From Octopus vulgaris (Eukaryota), in assembly GCA_951406725.2 (NCBI GenBank), contig OX597823.1:62372001-62436000 (forward strand): a stretch of 64,000 nt of DNA, given 5' to 3'. Shown piece by piece: positions 54,630-64,000 of this stretch. The notes beneath the pieces are model-generated. The model ran no database searches and was not told where the DNA came from. It was given only the letters and a program-made list of their open reading frames with translations. Each line of letters opens with the position of its first letter. The first letter of the stretch is position 1. The position numbers were made by a program, and so were the translations under genes.

Positions 54630-55282
54630 GCTTTGTTTGAATTTCTGAACGTGAATACGAACGAAATGTCGATAAACATGTTCTCCGGCGTGCTAACGAT
54701 TCTGCCAGCTTGCCGCCGTATCGTACATAAATACTCGTTACAAATTTTGTCACAAGATCAGCAATTTCGGGGGAGGGGTGGGCTAGTCGGTTACATAGAC
54801 CCCAGTGCTCATCTGGGGTTTATTTATCGACCCCGAAAGGGCGAAAAGCAAAGTGATCTTCGGCAGAATTTGACTCAGAACGTAAAGACAGGTGAAATAC
54901 TGCTAGGCATTTTGCCTAGCGTACTAACGATTCAGCCAGCTCGCCGCTTTTAATGGCTTCAAATTTTGGCACAGAGCCAAAAGTTTGTGACGGGAGGGGA
55001 TAAGTTGATTACATCGACCCCAGTACTTGACTACTACTACTTTTATCGACCACGAAATTATAAAAGGCAAAGTCGACCTTGGCGGATTTTGAACTCAAAA
55101 TGTAAAGACGGACGAAATACTGCTAAGCATTTTATACGGTACGGTAAAGATTCTTCGGCTCACCGCTTTAACATACAGGAATACTGGTTTCAAATTTTAA
55201 CACGAAACCAGCAAATTTAAGTTCAGAACGTAAAGAGCCGGAAGAAGTGCTGCTAAGCATTTCCTACGATGCGCTAATGCTT
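54630..55282 (-). mobile_element. Four head-to-tail SINE family B copies
   Basis: Copies at about 54630-54718, 54737-54950, 54952-55170 and 55185-55282. Confidence 0.85.
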
Positions 55283-55405
55283 TTGACAGCTCGCCACCTT
55301 CTTAGTCAAATAAATAACCATTTGAGTTACATAGGCATCACTTTCCCCTACTTAAGGAAGTGGAGTGCCGGGCGGATTGTTGTATTTGTGAACTATATGT
55401 ATAAC

Positions 55406-55454
<49 letters not shown>

Positions 55455-55603
55455 ACAATTTAAAATTTCGGTTATTTTGCAATTCGAAAAGCCCGCCTTT
55501 TACATAGATATATAAGAGTGAACAATTCTATGTACTATGCTGAATATTTGTGGTGTTCGTCTGGTATGTTGATCTGTTTGTTCATTTTGTATGTCTTGAT
55601 TAT

Positions 55604-55664
55604 GCTTGCGCTGAAGATTAAAAGTGCATTATGTACACTTTTATGAAATCATATGATCTGCAGC
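55604..55664 (+). ncRNA. Type I hammerhead ribozyme motif
   Basis: GCTTGCG-CTGAAGA-T-TAAAAGTG(CATTATGTA)CACTTTTA-T-GAAA-TCATATGA-TC|TGCAGC. Canonical core, 8-bp helix II with U.U closing pair, palindromic helix III, AUC triplet. Confidence 0.7.
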
Positions 55665-55832
55665 TGAATCTGTTTGTAAAAGGCTCGCTTCGATAATTGC
55701 ATTCCCTTGCGTTCGGTACAATGTGTTTACTATGGTAGTTTTTTTTTACTTTAAGAGACCCTCCTAGCGTGAGACATTTGTGTATAGTAATGCCCATAAT
55801 ATAAATAAATAAATATGTGTATAAATAAATAA

Positions 55833-55878
<46 letters not shown>

Positions 55879-56002
55879 ATATATGTGAATATGTGATAAT
55901 AATAATAAGTTAATGTGAATATCTATATGCTAATGAATGTGTTTATACTCACACACGCGCGCGCGCGCGCGTATAGTCTGAAGAACTATATGGCCATCTA
56001 TT

Positions 56003-56075
56003 AAAGTCTGACGAGTCGTCCATATGCCAGTAATGTACTTTCCGAGTACATTACTGGCATATGCCGAGTGACTTT
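56003..56075 (+). repeat. Perfect 19-bp hairpin preceded by CTGACGA
   Basis: CATATGCCAGTAATGTACT-TTCCG-AGTACATTACTGGCATATG (56021-56063); outer pairing AAAGT/ACTTT. Confidence 0.85.
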
Positions 56076-56336
56076 GTTTCAACTTAGAATCACCAAAACA
56101 ATTAAGCTTAACAGTGACGCATTCATTTGGTAAAAGTAAATATTCATGTCAACTGAAATGCATGCTTTACTTTTATCAAGTAACTATGACTATTGATTAC
56201 AATCAAGATAACGTTGGGTATAAATACCACCATTTGATAAATGTGTTTGTGTAGGAGGAGCCCTCTATCATAGTACATTCTACATAGAAATTGTATTATG
56301 GAGGACTGATTTCAATGGAACTACAACGTCCTCTAA

Positions 56337-56398
<62 letters not shown>

Positions 56399-56626
56399 CT
56401 CTGTATATTTATGTTTATATGCATGTATGTATACATGTATATACATATAGATATTCTTTTACTCTTTTACTTGTTTCAATCATTTGACTGCAGTCATGCT
56501 GGAGTACCACCTTAAAAAAAAGAAAAAATATATATATATATATTTGTTGTGCAAGATTTTTAATAGGCTAAACTGGCAACGACGTAACTCGTTGCCGTAA
56601 CAGCTTAATATGGCATTGATGGCGTC

Positions 56627-57105
56627 ATAAGAATTCATAAACTTTCGAGGGAAGATGAAGTATTTTTAGAACCGTGGATCTCGAAGCATATAAAGCCATA
56701 AATTATAGCATATAAATATTGGGTTGAAAATCCCTATTTGATAGAAAAATCGAAGGCTGCACGTGGCACTCGAAACCACTTCTTCTATATGATGATAGGT
56801 GTTGTACTATTGTACAAAAGCTATCCTTTGAATTTTTTCTATCCATTTTAGAAACTTAATTCTTATCAGCAACAATTGTGTGTTGTTGACATCATGAAAA
56901 TTTATAAACTTTCGAGAGAATGTGAAATAATCTGTGTTTGGGACAGTACATCTCGAAGCACATAAAGCTATGAATAATACATGTAAATATTGGGTTGAAA
57001 ACCTTTTTGACAGAAAAGTTGAACGCTGCCCGTGGGCCTTTTTCCATCCAAATATTTACAAGCTATAATTCATAAATTTATGTACTTCGAGATCCGCTGT
57101 TCTAA
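56627..57105. repeat. About 140-bp direct repeat plus inverted partial third copy
   Basis: 56627-56766 matches 56894-57035; 57040-57105 is the reverse complement of the ATCTCGAAG...AAATATTGGGTTGAAAA segment. Confidence 0.8.
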
Positions 57106-57127
57106 TATATGTACGTATGTGTGTGTA

Positions 57128-57173
<46 letters not shown>

Positions 57174-57204
57174 CACACATATACAGTTGACAAGTAAAGT
57201 TTTA

Positions 57205-57457
57205 AAAAGTTACCCTTCATAAGTCACACCGACTCATAAGGGTTGGTTTTCCCGTTTCCATGGCGTATATATTCGGCACCTGGACGGGATGCTGGTCCGT
57301 CACATAATTACTCATTTTTGCAAGGTGAGCGAGTGGACTGAAGCAACGTGAACTGAAGTGTTTTGCTCAAGAACACAACGCGTCGCCCGGGCCAGGAATC
57401 GAAACTACAATCTTACGATCATGATTCCAACACCCCAACCACTGAGCCACGCACCTC
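57205..57457 (-). mobile_element. SINE family C variant
   Basis: Minus head GTGCGTGGCTCAGTGGTTGG..TTCGATTCCTGG..GTGTTCTTGAGCAAAACAC. Confidence 0.8.
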
Positions 57458-57522
57458 CACATACAGTCGACATACAAACATGGAAAAATTAATTATTTCT
57501 CTGTAGATTAAAAGAAATTAAC

Positions 57523-57566
57523 AGTCTTAATCGATTTTCGGACCTTATTGAATTCTCATCAGAGGT
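57523..57566 (-). ncRNA. Degenerate hammerhead motif
   Basis: Minus: CT-CTGATGA-G(AATTCAATAAGGTC)C-GAAA-ATCGAT-TA|AG. Core intact; helices I and II partly mismatched. Confidence 0.45.
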
Positions 57567-58289
57567 TATCTACATCACTTGATTAATACTAGAGAAAGAA
57601 ACATTTAATTTGTTCATAAACGAAAACATACTATTCACGTAACAGTGGTTGTACCAACTTTACAATAAAGCAAATTAACGGAGAATCTTGCCTCTCACAA
57701 TATAGAAACATTTTTCATGGCACCAGCAGATAAAATGGAAATATATTGCTCCAGAGAATATCCAGGAAGGGGGCTACTAATTTGCACACCGTAAGTGTCA
57801 AATACTATTTAATATCAGTGGGTATCTACGGAGATCTCAATATACACAGTATCAAAATATACTATAATGTCTCTAAACCTATGTAAGAGACTCATGGATA
57901 TGTCGAATCTAACTATTTCTCTGATATATATGCACACACGATACAAAAATTTGAAAGCTGTTCCACTCATCAGTAATATAGTACTTGAGTAATGTATTTT
58001 CTCTCTCTCTCTCTCTGTCTCTGTCTCTCTCTCCCCTCTCACTCACGCACTCTTTCTTCCTTTCTTTCTTTTACTGTCTCTCTCTCTCTCTCTCTTTCTT
58101 TATCTTTCTTTCTTCGTTGATTTTAGCAGTTGTTCTTTGAGTAATACAGCACCCAAAATCCTATATAAGGACACAAGAGATGTGTCAAGGCCGACAGGAA
58201 GCGTCGATGCTTCCTAGGGCTAAACAGCGGTGGTGAAATTCCCTTACAGGACTGTCACGTTAAGTTGACAGTATACAACCACTCTATAT

Positions 58290-58360
<71 letters not shown>

Positions 58361-58361
<1 letters not shown>

Positions 58362-59649
58362 GAGGGGCGTTCAATAAGTAATGCCCCTGACCCACTTCCC
58401 ATAGCAGTAGAGCAACGAAACTTGGCACAGTTATTAGTCTTTTTCTACCTAGGAACCACCCAGAGTAACGCATTTCTCTCATCGTGTGATGCAGCTCTGG
58501 ACCGTTTTTGTAGAAGACCCCAGCTTGGTCCTCCAACCACGACGTGACTTCAGAAATCAAGGCTGCATCATTTGGAAAACACTTTCCTTTCAAAAACAAC
58601 TTCATGGCTGGGAAGAGGTGAAAATCTGAGGGTGCAAGGTCAGGAGAGTAGGGGCATGGAGGAGGAGTTCATAGCCGCACGCCTGTGCTTCTGATCTGGC
58701 GACAGCGTGTTGTTGATCGGAGCGTTGTCCTGCAAGAGGATGATGCCTTTGCTGACCTTGTCCCGCCTCTTGATTTTGATAGCTTCTCTTAATTTCCTCA
58801 AAAGTGAAGCATAATAGGCTCCTATAATTGTGGTACCCTTTGCCAGGAAATCTGTCATCACTACTCCGTCCTGGTCCCAGAAGACTGTGAGCATGACCTT
58901 GCCAGCGGAGCGCTGCACCCTTGCCTTCTTTGGAGGAGGTGAGTCACGGTGCTTCCACTGCATTGACTGGGATTTGGTCTCTGGATCATAGTGATGGACC
59001 CAGGTTTCATCCTGTGTAATCAGTCTTTTGAAAAAAATCGACTCATCTTCTTGGCATATCTCCAAATTCATCCTCGAGCACTCGACGCATTCTTGCTTCT
59101 GGAAAGATGTGAGCAACCTGGGAATCCATCTGGCAGACACCTTTTGCATATGCAAATTGTCTAGAATGATAGTTTCCACAGACCCGGTACTAATCTTGAC
59201 CTCATGGGCTATTTGGCGAATAGTTATGCGTCGATCTTCCAAAATGGCAGCCTCAACTTGACGGACAGATGCCTCATCAATGGAAGAAGGGGGGCGACCA
59301 GATCTGGGAGCTGTTTCCACAGAGTTCCGACCATGTTTGAATTCACGATGCCAGCGTTTTACAAGGTCATATGATGGGGCATCATCACCATAAGTTACTT
59401 TCATTTCATCAAAAGTCACCCGTGGTGTGCGTCCTTTCAAATACAAAAATCGGATCACTGCTCGACACTCAACAGGCTCCATTTCACATTTGACTCAGTT
59501 CAAACACCGGTAAATCCGAAACCACAATTAGTTCAGAGCTGTAATTTTCTCCTTAATCTATAGAGATATAAGCAATTGCACATGCAAAATTTCAGCTAGA
59601 TCAAACAATTGCAAGTAGGTCAGAGGCATTACTTATTGAACGTCCCTCA
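58361..59649 (-). mobile_element. Full-length mariner transposon (irritans/Hsmar2-like), 1289 bp
   Basis: About 37-bp TIRs CGAGGGGCGTTCAATAAGTAATGCCCCTGACC with few mismatches; TA on both sides. Confidence 0.95.
58434..59482 (-). pseudogene. Mariner transposase pseudogene
   Basis: WIPRLL, TQDETW, QDNAP and YSPDLAPSD motifs; open for about 255 codons, then three frameshifts and two stops. Confidence 0.92.
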
Positions 59650-59792
59650 TATATATACATATATATATATACATATGTGTACATAAATGTACACATATAT
59701 ATATATGTATATATGTATACATACATATATATGTTTTTGTTCCAGCACACGATCTCAGATCAGGTCACTTGCTATGCAAGTACATCTTCGTA

Positions 59793-59828
<36 letters not shown>

Positions 59829-59876
59829 ACATACAAATATGTATATACACACGTATATATATAAATATATTTTATA

Positions 59877-59927
<51 letters not shown>

Positions 59928-60073
59928 GCCTGTATGCATGTATATGTATGTATACATTAATGTTTGATTTTGTCAGGTTATACATAAAAACAAATTTTTA
60001 CAGTAAACTGAAAAATAAATCAATACCGTTTAATAGAGTATATACTTATCGACTTGTACAATGTATGTATGTA

Positions 60074-60130
<57 letters not shown>

Positions 60131-60266
60131 GCCTGTATGCATGTATATGTATGTATATATTAATGTTTGATTTTGTCAGGTTATACATAAAAACAAATTT
60201 TTACAGTAAACTGAAAAATAAATCAATACCGTTTAATAGAGTATATACTTATCGACTTGTACAATG

Positions 60267-60317
<51 letters not shown>

Positions 60318-60338
60318 GCCTGTATGCATGTATATGTA

Positions 60339-62037
60339 CACTACCGTCAGAAATTAATTAGCACCCTTGATTTGCTCTTCACTCAAGGTATTTGCTGTCA
60401 CCTAGTGGCCATATCTCGAACTATTGCTTTGTTGCGAGTTCACTGTTGCGCAGAACGATGACGTAACTTTGTTTGCAGAGCGGTTTGAGAGTCTACAGCC
60501 TAATGATGTTGACATAGCAGTGCAACAACAACTTGGAGTGCGGATGCAGACAAATCTTCCTTTGTTTAATAGAAATAGGTAGCACCTCGCAAGGACCGAA
60601 ATCACACCATACTAAGTTTTCTCATCGCGTAAGACGTTTTGAACAGCTCGTAGGTTAATTGATTTGTGTATTTGCAAGATTTTTTTCCTCACAAATTCTC
60701 CTACACTCTGCTTGGTGACGTCACTTCCGGTTCACAAAACTTTCTGTTATACATCAAATAAGGTGAGAAATTCTGCTTTCTTTCTTTTTTGTTTAATGAA
60801 TAATAACTCATAGCAGTTTTGTTATAGCATAACATTATTCAAATGAATAGTTTTAATGAAAATAACTGGTTTTTATCGTTCATTCCTAGATGGGCCCAAG
60901 ACCTCACATGACCCTGGAGAGACGGTACGAGGCTCTCTCATGGCGTGGGAAGCTGCCGGAGGCTGCAATAGCCAGAAAACTTGGTGTAGCCAGGCGCACA
61001 ATTCAGTGCTTATTTAAGAAATACGAGGAAACCGGATCAGCAGCTGACAAAAAGGGTAGGGGACGGAAGAGGCTGACGACCCAGCGGGAGGACCGGATGC
61101 TGATCCGAAAGTCACTGTACAACCGAAGGGCAACTAGCGGAGGAGATGCAAAAGATGACAGGAAAGCAGTTGTCTACAACCACCGTCAAGACCAGATTAC
61201 TGGAAGCTGGTCTAAAATCCTGTTGGGCTGCCCGTAAGCCGCTCCTTACAGCCCAAAACCGGAAGAGGCGGCTGCTCTGGGCCCGTGCCCACAAGACATG
61301 GACCGTGCAGCAGTGGCGGACAGTGATGTTCACTGACGAGTTGCGATTCAGTCTCGTCAGTGACAAGCCTGTCCATGTGCGACGCCGCAGGGGTGAGCGC
61401 TTCAACAAAGACTGCATTGCTCCCACCATGAAGCATGGTGGGGGTGGTCTGATGGTGTGAGGGGCGTTCAGCTACAGTGGCGTTGGGTGGCTCTATGCCG
61501 TCGAAGGCAACATCAACGCAGCAAAGTACGTTGAGATAGTACGGGATACCTCTTTGGTGGCGAGGAGTACATGCTCCAGCAGGACAACGCGCCTTCCCAC
61601 ACAGCCAAGTTCACAACCGGTTTCTTCAAGGACTATGGGGTGACGGTCATGGACTGGCCTGGCCAGTCACCTGACCTGAACCCTATTGAGAACCTCTGGA
61701 GTCGATTGGGTAGGGATTTGAATGTGCAGCAATACAGGAACCGACACGAGCTATTTGGGGCACTTCTTGCTGCATGGAGGGCCATCCCTGCACCGTACCT
61801 GCAGGCACTCATAGACAGCATGCCGACCCGCGTAGCGACTGTCATTGCTGCCAAAGGAGAAGCAACAAGATATTGACTAAATTTCACGATTAATAATAAT
61901 TATGTGGTGTGCTGGGATATGTTTTAATAAATTTTTGATTAAAAACGAGTTTGTTTCTGATAATAAGTTAATTAAATTAAGAAAATGTAAGAAAATGTAA
62001 AAATTTAAGAAGTGCTAATTAATTTCCGACGCAAGTG
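60339..62037 (+). mobile_element. Tc1-family (DD34E) transposon, 1699 bp
   Basis: 26-bp TIR CACTACCGTCAGAAATTAATTAGCAC (3 mismatches); TA TSD. Confidence 0.95.
60890..61876 (+). pseudogene. Tc1 transposase pseudogene
   Basis: HTH with GRKR, FTDE, QQDNAP-34aa-E (SPDLNPIEN); two small deletions and a W-to-stop change at 61458-61460. Confidence 0.93.
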
Positions 62038-62310
62038 TATGTATATATTAATGTTTGATATTGTCAGGTTATACATAAAAACAAATTTTTCAGTAAACTG
62101 AAAAATAAATCAATACCGTTTAATAGAGTATATACTTATCGACTTGTACAATGTATGTATGTATATATGTATATATATATGTATAGCAGAAGTAACAGAT
62201 TGACTCAACGTCCGAGAGTTTCGATGTTGGTACTTAGCAAAATAGCTGCATATGTGTGTGTGTGTATATATATGCGTGTATGTATATATATATGTGTGTG
62301 CGTGTGTGTG

Positions 62311-62631
62311 AAGGCGCTTGGCTCAGTGGTAAGAGCGTCGAGCTTACGATCGTGAGGTTGTGAGCTCGAATCCCGGACCGGGCTGCATGTGGTGTTCTGG
62401 AGCAAGACACTTTATTTCACGTTGTTCTAGTTCACTCAGCTGTAGAAATGAGTTGCCAAGCTGTATCGGCCTTCGCCTTTCCCTTGCATAACACAGGTGG
62501 CGTGGAGAGAGGAGGCTGGTATGCATGGGCGACTGCTGGTCTTCCATAAACAGCCTTGCCCGGACTTGTGCCTAGGAGGGTAATTTTCTAGGTGCAATCC
62601 CATGGTCTGTGTCGTGACCGAAGAGGGTCTC
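62311..62631 (+). mobile_element. SINE family C, full length
   Basis: GGCGCTTGGCTCAGTGGTAAGAGCG..CTCGAATCCC..GAGCAAGACACTTTATTTCACGTTG. Confidence 0.9.
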
Positions 62632-62901
62632 AGATATATATATATATATATATATATATACGTACCAACATTGAAACTCTCGGACCTTGACCTTGAGTCA
62701 TTCTGTTACATCTGCTATTATATATACATACCTATAAATTTGACATGGGCGATTCTTTCTTGTTTTGGGATTCACGCTCAAACGGCTAGATGGAATTGCG
62801 CGCAAAATTACACAGATGTGTAGAATGATCCGGTAATGTTGCTGGGCTTTGTATTTTTTCATAGTTCCCATGGTTACCGAGATAATCTACTATAATAATA
62901 C

Positions 62902-62967
<66 letters not shown>

Positions 62968-62980
62968 CAGACAGATAGAC

Positions 62981-63048
<68 letters not shown>
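62902..63048. repeat. (AGAT)n microsatellite followed by a SINE B head (63052-63095)
   Basis: Direct reading. Confidence 0.9.
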
Positions 63049-63049
<1 letters not shown>

Positions 63050-63109
63050 TTAGACGAGCTGGCAGAACCGTTAGCAGGCCGTGTAAAATGCTCACCACCA
63101 ATCTTCTTT

Positions 63110-63360
63110 CCGATACATTGACAAAAGTTAAGCCACTAAGTTGACGAGCCATATATAGTGCTTGAATATTAAATCCACACCACCACAATCAAGGGGAAGA
63201 TTGTAGAGAAATCTACGCCATATGCTAATGTATCTACGAAATACAAATAATGCGTAGCCGAAAGATCACATATCCGTTTTGGATCTAAAAATTCAACCGC
63301 ACTGTTGAATCTCAAATCAGAAATTTTCAGCAAATGCAAATGTATGGACATGTTTTTTGG
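63110..63360 (+). mobile_element. Penelope-like element GIY-YIG C-terminal fragment
   Basis: [10 protein letters not shown]...[28 protein letters not shown]...LLNLKSEIFSKCK resembles STxLSxYIWxL..IKWxI..PY...CxLCxxEK..I...LLNxRSExxSKCR. Confidence 0.7.
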
Positions 63361-64000
63361 GGGGTTTTTTTGTCGAATTGGAAAACACCACTCTCTCCTG
63401 ATTGTGCAACTGTATCGCATACTTTAGACCCCTTCCATTGATTCTACCACAACTTTCTGATTTTACGGTCAAAGGAGACATAGCTCTAATTCTTCTTTTT
63501 TCTTTCCTTTGTTCTTCCGTTTCTTTCACCCTTCCACTTTTTGCATCCACCTATCTCTAGTTTTTCTGTGATATCTTTTGTTCTATTTTCCTGATTTGTA
63601 ACTTGCATAGGCCATGTGCTTTGAGTCTAAAGCTTGCTTGGAGACATTAGGCGTATTATTAAAACCTGCCTAGAAAACATCTCCAATGTATGAAACTACT
63701 TGTAGCTCATAACTATATATTGTGTACATTAAACAATATTTATATCTCATCGGATAGAGTGCTTTTTGTTGATCTTACTTTAATGGAAAAATAAGCGAGC
63801 AAGCGCGCACACACACATACACACACACACACACACGCAGATGTAAGGAGATTGAGATTATACAGAAAGATATAAATATATATATTCATATATAAATCCT
63901 TTATTCTGGTTAGGTCAGTTAATTAAGGAGACACTAATCAGATGGAACGTGTAATCTATATAAAATGATATTCAAGAAAAGTAAGTCGCATCAACATCGG

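Larger units (their letters stand above)
59925..62180. repeat. Three tandem copies of a 190-200-bp unit, the third split by Tc1
   Basis: Units start at 59925, 60128 and 60315 (resuming at 62038); near identical. Confidence 0.92.

Noticed and set aside
59028-59261. Antisense ORFs within transposases (also 61112-61887)
   Set aside because: Shadow frames of the transposase coding sequence.

Overview
Eukaryotic, AT-rich, microsatellite-saturated genomic DNA. It is most likely Octopus (cephalopod), judged from memory of its SINE families and (TA)n/(CATA)n/(AGAT)n/(AAT)n load; this was not database-checked. Most of the window is repetitive. It holds dozens of tRNA-derived SINE copies (4-5 families) and four Tc1/mariner-superfamily relics: a maT DD37D, two mariners and a Tc1 DD34E. 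It also has LINE fragments (CR1, RTE, Tx1-like, R4/Dong-like with a restriction-like endonuclease), Penelope-like pieces, a Helitron fragment, a non-autonomous Helitron and several MITEs. There is no complete intact gene; one candidate host coding exon lies at 22113-22640 (-). Nearly all long ORFs in the track are microsatellite artefacts. The most notable pattern is a set of sequence-diverse short elements in or beside (TA)n-rich tracts. They carry minimal type I hammerhead-ribozyme motifs with palindromic helix III and are often paired with inverted (fold-back) copies, suggesting a Penelope/retrozyme-like system. Also notable are retroelements that appear to target specific microsatellites and SINEs that have swapped 3' tails with LINEs present in the same window. 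Coordinates of degenerate repeats are approximate (about 10-20 bp).
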